Assembly (NCBI GenBank): GCA_010015805.1
Contig: ML978129.1
Span: 682,001-746,000, forward strand
From: Rhizodiscina lignyota
Taxonomy: Eukaryota
Direction: 5' to 3'
DNA: 64,000 bases
Below, piece after piece: positions 1 through 12,800 of this stretch. The position numbers and the translations under genes were made by a program. Every line of letters begins with the position of its first letter. Positions within the stretch are counted from its first letter, which is position 1. The notes under the pieces are model-generated. The model saw nothing but the letters and a program-made list of their open reading frames with translations, was not told where the DNA came from and did not search any database.

Positions 1-388
1 TCTCCTCAAGAAAATGAAAGATGATAGTGGCGATGTTTTGAATTGGTGTCCGTCGATGATTTTGTAGCTGTATCATTTCATACCCAAGAGTTGGAATACG
101 AAAACTGGGCGACGTTTAGGAGTTGATTTTTGTAGTAGCTTCTAGAGTTTCGATAGTGCATCGGGCTCACATCTGTCTTTACAAGAGGTGGAGTTGGCGC
201 AACCTGATATCTTCTTCGAGGTATTATCGGATCACTACTGTACATATAATTGCAAACTGCAGCCTTTATGGCGCGGTCGTACATGCTCGGACAGCGTCGC
301 TGAAATGGACAAAGCGCATTTCTAGCGCTATCGTACAATCTATTTACAATACCGGTGTGAATCGGTTCACCAGGTCTGATGTCGAGTC

Positions 389-1900
389 TCATCGGAAACG
401 CATAGGTTTGGCTGACGTCCTCCCCACCATGACAGGCTCCCGTTCTCTTGTCGGTTCCGGCACTGGCGCTGCTAACGCACGGTTTACAATTTCTGCACCA
501 TCAATCATGCTCCCGCGCATAGCGCGCTCCTGCTCCAGAATACGAGTTTGGCTCACCTTCTCTATCAACTGTGCTCTTCGTTCTTCCGTCATGATCCACT
601 CTTTGGGAAACTCATGCCGGACCTTGGGCTTGTGGTGTCTGAAATCGAATGGGACGTCTTCGAATGTGTCCTTGGGGTCTCTCGCCTCTTCCAGTAGCTC
701 CTCTACTTTATCTGCGAGATAGCGCTTGTTCTGTGCTTGAGTAACAAAGGATTCGCAGCTTATTTTTGCAACACCAGTGGAAGGGTTGAAACGTGCACCA
801 AGAAGCTTGATCAGCTTATTTCGTTGAATGTCGGTCAGTTCGGGTAGGTCTGCAGGAGAGAATTCGAGGATGACTTTAGAGGCAGCTGGATGGGACTCGC
901 CCAAATAGGACGTATATCGAAACCTGAGTGGCTGGGCTTTGGTTGGTGGAGTGAAGGGTTTGGCTAGCTCTGTTGACGTTGCTCAGTTGAAATTGTCCCA
1001 ATAAGTAAAACTCCGGCACGGCAAGTACTCACTGCTCAAAAGAGGGAGTTCCCAGGCTGCAAATCTGGCATACTCCCTGTATTCTCTTTGCTGTTCTAAC
1101 TCGTCGTGGCCCAAGGACGAGACGTTCTCTTTCAGAAACCCTTCGTCGCCATCACCCTCTGATGCGTATTTCCAGAAGCTACCCTTCCTCCCTTCGCTCA
1201 ACAGAGCTGATATGTCCTCGTTAGCCTGGGTTCGGATTTGCTCCAAATCGTCGGCCTCATCTAGAACTTCGTCCTCGATAAGCGTTGCAAGCTCGTCATT
1301 ATCCGCTGTCGGCTCCTCGACCGCTACTTCAACCGCCGCATGTTGCTGGCCTTTGGATATTTGTGCATCGATAGCGGATGGTGGGTTCTCCTCGCTAGGT
1401 ATAGGTTGAGCAGATGCTGGACTAGATTCCCTGCCACTGCCCAACTCTAATTCTAGTGCTCTCCGCGAGCCTGATAGTTCTGGGAAGAGTTCGTCTGCTG
1501 ATTCACCCGGAGCAATTGCATCCAACTCTCCTTTGACTTCTGACACTGGCCCCTGCAGAGGACGGTCCTTGGTCTGGTCTGTCTCTAGCTTGGCCTGGGG
1601 CAGTATCTCGCCTCCTACACGTTGATTTTCTCCGGAGGTCGTACCAGGAGCAACTCCCGCTTCTTCTATCCCATCGGACTCGCGAAGCTCGTGCTTCTCT
1701 GAATGTGTCTGGACATTCTGAACGGGCTTTGCGGACGTCTGGTCTTTCGGAGGTTTCGATTCGTCGTTCAATTGTCGCGCTGTTATGGAGAATGGTCTCT
1801 GCCACTGCGGTCTTCGTATCCGGAGAACCCGAGGCTTGGGGCGTATTTGAAGAGAGCAATTGATCGCAATCGCATTGAACCTCTTCGCCGTGGATGCCAT
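389..1900 (-). CDS. RSM24: Mitochondrial small ribosomal subunit protein Rsm24 (mS35), 2 exons
   Basis: Arg-rich mitochondrial-type presequence. An intron at 970-1032 (GTGAGT..CAG) joins REYARFAAWELPLLS to KLAKPFTPP..PLRFRYTSYLGESHPAASKV..QNKRYL..DTFEDVPFDFRH, which are typical mS35 motifs. Confidence 0.9.
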
Positions 1901-2127
1901 TACCGCTATCAAAGCTGCTGGAAAGTTGCGCTAAAAAGTTCCACGATCGCATCGGCAGCGCGCAGACCGGGAGTTCGGAGAAACGAAGCGCCGAAACCAA
2001 CGTCACGCTCTGCTAGCATGACCTTCGACGCGTTTCTTGGCAGGGCAGGCCCCCAGAATCTCTAAATAGCTACTCTTCCCGTAGGTTTGAGCTTCCTCCC
2101 ATTTATCTCTCAAACAATGTCCTAAAA

Positions 2128-2838
2128 ATGTCACATCACGACGCCGAAGAGAACAAGGTCTCCCCCAAAGTCTGTTTCGTTACCATTGGTGCTACAGCTG
2201 CTTTTGACACGCTCATACGCGCGTGCTTCAAGCCCGATTTCCTCAAAGAGCTTTCCAAGCAAGGTTACGAGTGCCTCCAAGTTCAATACGGCAGGGATGG
2301 CAAGATCTTGTTCGATCAGCTGGTGGCCCAAGTGCCCAACAAAGAGGAGCTAGGACTGCTCTTCGACGGATTCGACTTTGATGCTGATGGCCTAACGGAC
2401 TACTTCGTGCACGCGAGAGAGAGCGAAGGCGTGGTCATCAGCCACGCTGGTGAGACTAGAAAGAATATGCACTGCATTAACTCTTTGCTCTGATTTCATC
2501 ACAGGCTCTGGCACGATACTCGATGTCATGCGAATCAGCGCCGCGCTTGTTGTTGTCCCGAATCCGGAGCTACTTGACAACCACCAAGTTGAACTCGCGG
2601 CTGAGCTCGCGCGCCAGGGTTACGTAGTCCATGGGAACTTGGAGTCAGTGAAACCTTATGCTAAAGCAAGACTGGAACATTTGCTTACTACAGGTGAAGC
2701 AACCTCGTCAACGCAATTACTGATGCAGAGGCAGTGAAGCAGCGTCGCAAGCAATGGCCACCTGTCAACAGTGATGTAAGTCAGCGCGCAAATCCGCTTG
2801 CAGATGTCATGGAAGAGGAAATGGGTTACTTGGATTAG
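2128..2838 (+). CDS. ALG13: UDP-N-acetylglucosamine transferase catalytic subunit Alg13 (GT28 C-terminal), 3 exons
   Basis: Motifs [46 protein letters not shown]. Introns at 2450-2504 and ~2644-2699; ends EEMGYLD*. Confidence 0.93.
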
Positions 2839-3578
2839 GTTCAGGTTCAGGCTCCACAGCATTTTGGATCATTAACCACCACGGAAGAAGGTGGCTTTTT
2901 TTAAGAGTTTGGAAACCTGCCCACTGAAAGCTTGCTTTTCAATTATCATAAATTCACTCTACGGCTACTTGGAACCCCACTGGCTATTCGAATTGCAATA
3001 GCACATGCTACAAAAGCTAGGATCACCTAAAGGCTTGCTTTCTCCCTGAATCCCACAACTTCCTTTGCCGTGAAACCCTTGAAAATCTCAGTTCGACTCG
3101 TCTGCATCAACGCTGGCCAGACAGTTTGCCATCATGTTGTTGCTTCCTTTGCCCTCTTCCTCGAGGCTTTACTGATAATCGACATGTCCGATCAGCGTAT
3201 CAGTTCGGCAGAGATTCCGATTGAGTGAACTACCTGCATATACGTATGGAATGGTGCAATTTCGACCTTTTTCCTGCTCCCAGCTTGACAGCGAAGTACG
3301 TACCTTATCTGAGAAGGGAGCACAGCGCTTTGCCAACGAAATACTTCATTTCTTAATGCCTGGAGATCACACGACACTGGAGACAGGCCAGACTAAACTG
3401 GAGTTTGACAAGTAACTGAACGGATTATGCACAAGATTTGTGCATGCAGAATCTCATGAATGATTTTCACAGAAACTCGACGCCGACCTAGGTACATTCC
3501 TGCTTCTTGCATTTTGCGGTGCAAATTCAATATCAGATCGCACGACCTCCCAGTCTCCCTCACACCAACGCCACCCGC

Positions 3579-5416
3579 CTAGCTATGCGTCGGCATGTTT
3601 ACTCTCGCCTTCGTGTTCACCGCGTCCTCGCTCCTCCACAGACTGGTCACCGTCTTAGTTTGTGTGTAGAAAGCAATACCAGGCTTTCCATAGAACGTGT
3701 TTGCGCCGCCACCCGCAATGCTCTTCTTGTTGCCCGTGAAGCTGAACATGGGCAAGGGTACCGGGATCGGGACGTTGACACCAACCTGGCCGGCCTCGAT
3801 CTCATGCTGGAAGCGGCCGGCGGTTGCGCCGCTACGCGTGAAGATGGCGGTGCCGTTCCCGTACTCGTTGGCGTTGATGAGGTCGATCGCCTCGTCAATA
3901 GTGTCAACGTTCAGACACACAAGCACGGGGCCAAAGATCTCTTCAGTGTAGCAGCGCATGTGTGGTTTGACGTTGGCGATGATGGTGGGTCCGATCTTCC
4001 GGCGCATTAGCATTTTCCACTCTTCCAATTCCTGACTCGGGGATTCTAGGAGGGAAAAAGCTCACCCAGTTGCCATTAGGATATTTCTCTGGCTTCTTGC
4101 CCCGTCCATCCATAATGATTGTCGCGCCCTCTTGCTCTGCGCTGGCAATGATATCCTCAATCCTTTGCTTCGCCTGAGGGCTGATCACAGGGCCCAGATC
4201 CGCACCCTCCTCAAAACCACCGTTCATGCTGATCTCCTTCGCGCGCTCGCCAATCTCCGGCACCCAGTCCTTCGTCTCGCCCACCATGACAAGCGTGCTC
4301 AGCGCCATGCATCGCTGTCCTGCGGCACCAAATGCGGCACCCGCAATCGCGTTCAACGCGTGGTTCTTGTTGCAGTCCGGCAGCACTGCAGCGTGGTTCT
4401 TCGCGCCCAGGTTCGCCTGTACTCTCTTACCGTTCGCGGAACCTCTGGTGTAGATGTACTCTCCAGCACGGTTGCTGCCGACGAAGCTGATGGCCTTGAT
4501 GCGTGGCTCGTCGATGATGAAATCGACTGTCTTGGCGGCACCGTGAACGACGTTGACGACACCTGGTGGGAAACCGGCCTTAACGGCGAGCTCAGCGAGG
4601 ATCATGGCTGCACCGGGGTCGCGCTCAGAGGGCTTGATGACGAGTGTATTGCCGGTAATAGTAGCGATAGGAATGCACCAGAGCGGAATCATGGCAGGGA
4701 AGTCTAAGAAACGTCCACATTAGCATCTCGAATGTAGAAGTCATACGATGGGACCAGGAAAACCTACTAAATGGGCAAATAGCAGCCACAACGCCCAATG
4801 GCTCCTTATACGTCCTCGTTTCCATATCCTTCGAAACCTCCAAGACCTCGCCAGTCATTTGAGTCGTGATACCGCATGCCGTCTCCGCGACCTGCAGACC
4901 TCTGAGGACATCACCCCTCGCATCCGGGAACGTCTTGCCTTGCTCAATCGTGATGCTCGCAGCCAGCCTGTCCCAGTTCTCTCGGATCAATGCGACATAC
5001 TTGAACATTATCTGCTGCCTATGCAGCAAGCTCGTCTCTCTCCAGCTCTTAAAAGCCTTCTGCGCGCTGTCGACGGCTGCCACCAGCTCGGCATCTGTGC
5101 TCTGCGGCACCCGCGTAACGAGGTTGTTCGTGGCTGGGTCGTGCAGATCGATCCATTGTGAGGTCTGCGAAGGGACGAACTCGTTGTCGAGGAAATTGTG
5201 CGTCTCCCACGTCGAAGGAGCTTCGTGGGTTGTGTGGTGACCCTGCGGAGCTACGGAAGCCGAGGCAGCGGGGGCGAGGTGCTTTGTCGTTGCGTGAAGA
5301 CGCCGTACTGCGACCTGGCTGGATGGCATTCTCGAGGCAAGGCAGACGGCGGACCTGAGACGGGGAGGTCTAGAGAGCGCTGTGAAGCTTCGAATGGCGG
5401 CGCGACGAGCGGCCAT
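3579..5416 (-). CDS. mmsA: Mitochondrial methylmalonate-semialdehyde dehydrogenase (ALDH6 family)
   Basis: Presequence plus [59 protein letters not shown]. Two introns, near 4704-4766 and ending near 4065. Confidence 0.95.
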
Positions 5417-6165
5417 TGTATGAAGTTAAAGAGCGGAGATAGATGCAAGAGACGAAAACGAGGAAAGGACAGCTGCCAATCGATTCAGGCTATTCCTAGC
5501 AGGGGCACCTACAGCTATTTGAGATGCTCAGAGAGAGTCAGCGTGCAAAGAAATTTAATGGCGAGCTAACGATATGTCGCCGGCATAGCTTGAGGGGAAG
5601 CTCTTCGGCTAGCTCTGGGCCGCTGCGGAGAATGAGATCCATCGCACATCGCGCCGAATGGGCGGCGAGCCATGTCCGAATTTGGGAGCATTCTGAGTGC
5701 TGAGAAACTTTCGGTAGCCATGATGGGTCCAATTGACGGCAATAACCGCATAGCCGCGGAGCAAAGGAACTGCTGCAAGCTGTATCTTGGAGGTTGCTGT
5801 GTAAAGTACAGTCGGGGCCAGATTTATCGCCGAAGACGATCTTCACTGTGGTCTCAAAAGCGCTCTGTAATCAGCCAATTAGACGACAGTAGCGAGGAGA
5901 TGCGAGAGATGTGTGAAGTATCAGCTCTTTTCACATTGCTGCTAGGATACAACGTTCAATGTGGTCACATTAGAAAGACCTTTCGCAAATTGCTAATGCT
6001 CAAAAAAGGAAATCTGACTCCGTGGTCGCCTCAAATCAGCAAGGACGCTTTTGATCAGCTCCGCTGCAAACACCTTATCATCCCCAGATGCCTCTCGTTT
6101 TATGTCTGTGCGCCTAGTAGGCTCTTTCACTGTTCACCGTTTCCAACATAGCCCAAGGATTCCTC

Positions 6166-8131
6166 TTACGAAGCTTGGCTCCTGGTGGTCCTCTTGTTAA
6201 CCTCATCCTTTGCCTTGTCTGCCCCAGACGCGACAGCCTCAGCCGCCTTGTCCTTAGCATCCACCGCCGCAGCCTTAGCCTTGTCAGCGGCACCCTTGAC
6301 CTGCTCCTTCGAAGGCGCGGCACCACTGCCAAGAACGCCAGCGATGAGAGCGACCAGGAGGATAACAAGACCAGCAGCACCGCCAGCAATTTCGGGAACT
6401 TCCTTGACTGCAGTGACGGGGTCCTTCTGGGCAAGCGTGATAAAGAGATCAAACTTCTCCTTGACGTATTTGACGGGGTCATCCATGAACTTGAGGTCAG
6501 AATCCGAGGTCGGCTTGTCATCGAGCTTGGGCTTGGTGGCTTCCTCCTCAGCCTTCTCAACATCCTTCTTGATGTCAAAGGTCTCAGTCTTGAGCTTCTC
6601 AGCGTCCTCAACAGAGTGGCCAATATAGATATTGTCGAAGAGGATGTCCTTTTGCATGGTCCAGATCTCAAAACCAATCTATTGATGCTGTCAGTCGCTT
6701 GATGCAGAAATCAAAAGTGAGTTGAACTTACAGCACCCATAGGCTCAAAGTTGGACGGAGTCTTGTCCTCGAAGTACTTGGGGTTGGCAATCTTCCTTGG
6801 TGCCCACACACCCTTGTACGCCGGGTTCTCAATCAATGGTGGATTCCACTTGCCCTTGTAATCTGGGTTGCGCTTCATAGGCTTCTCCCACGGGCCACAG
6901 CCAGAGACGTCGTCGCACTTGGGGTTGGGAACCTGAGGAGCGATCCAGTCACCATCCTCCTCATCATCCCAGTCCTCAGGCTTCTCAGCCTCTGGATCAG
7001 GCACCATGGTGGGCTCATCCTCGAGCCAGTCCTCGGGCTTCTCAGCCTCGTCGTCGACAATTTCGAATGGAGCGTCCTCGTCCCAGTCTTCCGGCTTCTT
7101 AGCCTCAGGGTCTGGAATCTGGGACTCGTCGACCCAGTCATCGGGCTTCTTGTCATCAGCATCGTCAATCTCCTTCTCGGGATTGACGGAGGGAGAGAAG
7201 TCTTCGAGGAGAGAGCCAGTCTTCTTAGATTCGCCGTCAATCTTGATCTCGAAGGACTGGTCGGGACGGACGATGAGGGTGTAAAGGGAGGTCGTCTTGG
7301 TGATCTGAGCGAGAGGTGGGCTCTTCAAGTGCTTCTCCTCGTATTCGCCAGTCTTGGGGTTCTTGTGACGGAAGATGAAGTGGACCTAGGAATGTCAGAC
7401 GTGAAACCCAGCGCTTGCGCATTTGCATGAAGTACCTTGTTAGTGGAACCGCACTTATCGGGGCCAAACATGATGATATAAGGAGAAGCATTGGAGAATT
7501 CCTCGTTGGCGAGCTTCTTGTTGTCTTGGAGGAGCTTAAGATACGCTCCACCGCACTCCAGACCATCTGTGTGGCAACGTTAGCGACACAGATCAATTGG
7601 TGGCGCAAAGTGACTTACCCTGAAGCTTGACCTCGTATTGAACAACAAGAGTATCCTTCTTGTTAGAGATGGCCTTGGGGAACTTCGCAGAGATGGCATG
7701 ATGGGCGGCCTTGTCCTTCACAACAAGACCCTTGTCGCCCTCAATGCCCTTCAATACGGTGGGCTCCTCGACAGACCAAGTGCCAACGTATGCCCACTCC
7801 TCCTCCGAGGACTGGTCATTCTCCTTCTTCGCATGTGAAGGCTTCCACCGCGTCTCCCAGTCATCTGTGAACTGTTCGAGGAAAGGCGCTTTGAGGGTAG
7901 TGGGCTATGATGAGTGGTTGTGTTAGCTAGGGATACCTGTCCTGTTTGAGGCTTTAGAAGTGCGCAAGCAGAGTGGCTTACAGTGAAAGTGGGCCTCTCA
8001 ACAGCTGAAGAGGTTGCGGACTCTGCTGCTGAAGAGGCGGATGATGCAGCATCCTTAACATCCTCGACGACATCTGCAGCGCAGACGACGGTAGCTCCAA
8101 GCAAAGCGGAGGCAAGCGCTGCGATACGCAT
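6166..8131 (-). CDS. CNE1: Calnexin (ER lectin chaperone), multi-exon
   Basis: Signal peptide, [17 protein letters not shown], repeated KPEDWD P-domain motifs, [19 protein letters not shown], and a C-terminal transmembrane helix. Confidence 0.97.
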
Positions 8132-9831
8132 AGCGGTGGTATTATTTCAACGACCAATGCGTTGGGTAGATTTGAAAGACAATGACAACAGACGAAAGGA
8201 TTGGAGGATTGGAGGATTGGGGTGTTCTTTTGTAGCTGGAGGGTTTGGAAGAAGTAGCCACGTTCGCATAAAAAGTCAGGAAGGTACCGCCCGCGGGCTT
8301 TAGTTATAATGTCCAGACGGTGGTAGCCTGACTAAGACCGACTTGGCTTAGCCTTTCCAGTCACGTGCGTACTAACGCACAGGGAAGTCCTTAGAGACTC
8401 CGCTAAGATACATGTAAGAGAAGGGAAAGCTGACATAAACATTTAAGGTTTCTGACCATATGGACATTATAACTATTAACTAGAGCCCCACCCGCGCACA
8501 GGCTACAGAAGCCTCTCGCATAGCTCTCACCATAATTTCCGCGGCAGCTGCTTCAAAATGACACGTTTCGATTCTCCTTCGCTACAATCCATTCCGTCAC
8601 CACGCTACCCTCCTGCTCGATACAGCCAAGTCCCTTCTTGCTTGTTCCTCATCCCGCCGCAATTCACTTCCAAGGTTGCGGAGTCCGTCCAGCCTCCTCC
8701 GATGTCCAGGAGCCCAGACGACATGGGAGGCTCACTTCACATGTCGAAGCCCTTCAATCCCCCTCAACTTGGAGATAAACCGTGGTAGCTCCTCTCCTGT
8801 TGGGTCTTCTGATCTTTGCAATGAAAAAATGTCTTTCAACACCGTATCCAACTAAGCTACTTTACCAGTCTGTCTCATGTATGGCGTATTCCAAATTCTC
8901 AGGAAAGAGAGACCAAAAATTTCGGTATTTCATAACATATGCCGACGAAAATACCCCCCTTTGTTGTCTCTAGCACACCTACAATTCGTATACTTCAAGG
9001 TTTATTTCGTCGAGAAGCATAGCATACTCATGTTCCCTATCTCCGTCCCACTAAAAGCTCAAACTTGTCTGATAGTATTTCTGATGGTGGAAGTCCAAAG
9101 CAATATCTCGTCCAGAGCTGCGCGAGATCATCCCAACTTCTAAGCCGAGTACAGCCTGCGCTGCCCAGACCATGTAAGATACCTGTATAGTATTGGAAGA
9201 CGCCAGCAGCAGCACCAATTCATGATATTGAATCTTTGATTGACATATGTCGCTACTGATATTCCGCCGTCTGTTGGAGTTACTTGCATTGGGCGATCGA
9301 GGTCTGTCTTTCATTTACGCTATAAGAAATGGGTTAAGATGCGAGTCGACGGGAGTACTGCCGCAGCAAAAAGCATCTCAGAGGAGCACTTGCTTAAGCT
9401 GCTATGTAGTGTGGAGGAAGAGACGGGGTGTGCTGAAGCTGTTAAACAACACTGCCTGCGAGGTATGCGTTCATCTTTCTGGAACCATCCTTTACCGACA
9501 CGGAACTTACCCTCGAGGCTTTGCATGGAAGCTTGTGTTACTAGGTAGCCGCCGGCAGATTTCACGTTTACCCTCACCTCATGACGTGAACATAACACGA
9601 AGTTACCGCTAGGGCGCTGTTCGCAACACGATTTCAAACACCTCGGGGCCCGAGCTCCGCGAATACATAATCTCGCGAACTTTTGCAAGCTTTCAAACCT
9701 TTCTTCCTTCTCCATGCTCCTGGCACATTCAGACACAGACACAAGCACCCACAGAGTACCCCCTTTCCAAGACACCACTCTCACAGCCAACTCCAGCTAG
9801 CCGAGCATTTACGACCTCGCCTCCATCCACC

Positions 9832-12800
9832 ATGGAGGACCTTGTCGTTATCGCTCTGGCTTGTCTTCCTATTCCAGTGATCATCATACTCTTCGCTATC
9901 TTTGCCCCCTATGTGGCTAAGATGATGTTCTTCATCGCCAATCACGCTCAAGATGTTGAAGATATCGGGCACAAGTCGAATAAGCTCATTGAGCGCCTCT
10001 ACAACTACGCTATCGGTCGACCCAACGATATTCAGGCCTCCCTTCCCCGCAATGGCTATCAGCACATCGCGCTGATCTTCAGCAGCGTGGTGTTAGCGTT
10101 GGTCTTCGTGTTTCGGCAGTCTTGGTGTTTAGCTACGAAGCTACACCAATCTCTTAGCACTCCTTATACGAATGTCCACAAGACTAGTGAGGAGGTTGCG
10201 CCTATCCCTTGTGCAAATAATTGTATGGCGACAGCTATTCCGTTCGGCAAGTGTCTTAATCAAGGTTTCAGAAACGGTTTTCTAATCTCACAATAGCTAT
10301 TCGAATCCGTAATGGCTCTGAGCTCTTGGTGAACATCATCACTACAAAGGGCACAATCATCATCATCCCCTTAGTGCCAGTATTCCTCTACGAGCCGATT
10401 GCTCCGCATGTGTATCATGAAGTTCAAGGTAAGGCAGCTATTGCGCATTGATAATACTATATGATGCTAACGAACTCAAAACAGTTGTGCTGATGGCAGC
10501 CATCGAGCTTCGATGTCGTCCATCCAAGCCTCTAGCCCCTTCCAAGGCTGTCATACTTCAGGAGGAGGATATCATTTCTGAGCACTTTGAACACGATGAC
10601 CACCCGCTTCCTGGTACTCACAAGAATGATGACGGCGTTCACCATATTGTCGACATGAAGGCCGTCTCCGATGCTGAGTCTCGTACTCCTACCCTCGATG
10701 AAACTCGCAGCACTAGCTCAGATGAAGTTCGCTCTCGCTCTAGTTCAGCGAGCTCGTCAACCTCTACTGATGAATCGAAGTCCTCTAGATATAGCACGCC
10801 GACAACTCCTACCTCACCGAAATCTGTGCCGCTCGAGAATGTTGACCCTGCTGTGGAAGTCGAAGGTGATGATGGCTGGACCTGGGCGAAGGACGAGTCC
10901 GAGAACAAGTTTCTTTGTGAGATTTTGCAGGAGATGGTCTCGCAGGGATGCTTCTCACATCCTCATGCCGTTCGTCAATCACCGGATGTTGCGCTGCCGA
11001 AAGATGATACCCCATTGGATGTCGACATTGAGATCGATGATGAATTACCAACCTCTTTCTCCGACGACGATGACTATACTTCGCCGCTGCCTGCACATGC
11101 CTCCGATTCGCACCACTGGACCTATGTCCTCCCCTTGGAGGTTAAGTCTACCGAGAACACAACATCCGCTACATCTGACGCTACACCAAGCTCGAATGCA
11201 GACTTTGATGTTCCATCAGCGGTTACGATCCCGTTTCCACTCCGTGTGCCAACATCTTCACCACAGGAGACCTCACCCAACACTTTGTCGCCTCTACCTC
11301 TAGAGGAAGGAATTCCAGTGGTAGAAAACAACTTCATCAGCGATGACAATATCAACAAGAGTGTTCTTCTCGCTGACTTTGCGTCCGATCACTCTTCTGC
11401 CGAGCCTACTGAGGCTGCGCCTTTTCCCCAGCCGGTCGATGTCGAGGTTTCTCTGGAAGAGGTCATTGAGGCATATCGCAAAGAGCGCTATAATGCAATA
11501 TACTCAGAGTTGCGGAAGAAGAAGCTTGCTGAGAAGAAGGCTAAAAAGCTTGGCAGCAAGAAGAAGCAGCACAAGAAGAAGCATGCTCGCGAGGTGGATG
11601 TTGAATTGGAGCAGGGCGAGATCAGAACAATTTCTAGGGAAGCTGAAGATGCGGCTGAGAAATTGGTTCGCGAGAAATTCACTGGTGAGCTTGGCGGCTC
11701 GGATGTCGATGAGCAGGTCGATGAGCAGGTCAACGAGCAGATCAACGAGCAGGCGATCGAGCAGACCGACGAGCAGGCCGATATGCTGACTGATGAGCAA
11801 TGCGAAGGGACATTGTCGGACTTCACGCCTCCTGCGGCCCTTATGGAGGAGGACGAAATTGTCTCGGAGTTTGACGACGACATTTATGACGAGGATCTCG
11901 ATGAGTCCGCTTTCCAGGAATTCGACGAAATCTCTGATATCCCTACTCGGGCCGGCATCATTGACGATGCGATCGCTCAAAACTACTTCTCCACTCCAAC
12001 TGTCACAGATGCTGTTTACGATACGGTCGCGGACAATGAAGGAGGTGCTGGTGTGAACGAGAACGTTGGTACCTCATCCGATACCCCGTGCGATGTTGCA
12101 GCAGAAGTATCCTTCGACGACACTACTAGCATTGGCTCTCACAAAGACGAGGCTTCTGGTTCCCCTTGCAATGCTTTGGTGATTTACCAGGACATCGACG
12201 AGATGATTAAAATTGCCTTAGCGAAGTCCCAAGTTCCCATGTCGATAATGGACGACTCAGATGATGAACCAGACTTTATGTACGATTATACTGACATAAA
12301 GGATTGTCCTCTCGGAAAAGGATGTCCACACGAAGACGACTATCCTCACATAAACGGCTGTCCACACGAAGACAAATGTCCTCACGGAGACGATTGTCCT
12401 CACGTAGATGACTATCCTCACAAGATCTGCTTCAAGGCAGCTCAGCGCTATAATCCGAACCACGTTAAGCTCCTCCTTGAGGAGGCGCTTAGCGGGAAAT
12501 CCGTGCTTGGTATGCATTATGTATGGAGAATAGTGCGTTACCTCTCCCTGGATCCAACCATGAACGAGCAAGGCAAAGCACGAGAGGCGAACTTTACGAA
12601 CCTTGTTGATCTCGAAGATGAGGACAACTTGGACCAAGAAGATCTCAGCGAGGAGGATTTGATAGCGGCTGAAAACACAGAGAAAGAGTATCAGGAAATC
12701 TTTGAAGCCCTTCGGAAGTCGATGGTGACCGATGTCACTGATGCAAACAAGCCAGGATTCGATGAGGTCACCGCGATGAGGTACTTTGACGGTCTCGTAT

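Noticed and set aside
3000..3415. Possible small gene ending in ORF 3221-3415 between ALG13 and mmsA
   Set aside because: An acceptor-like site is present near 3195, but I could not build a convincing first exon or recognise any motif.
3507..7630. Long antisense or alternate-frame ORFs over mmsA and calnexin (also over OPT, U1-C and GS)
   Set aside because: Shadow ORFs expected from codon bias in strongly expressed genes; no independent motifs.
8558..9790. Short ORFs between calnexin and the orphan gene
   Set aside because: No motifs and no consistent splice model; probably promoter or intergenic sequence.
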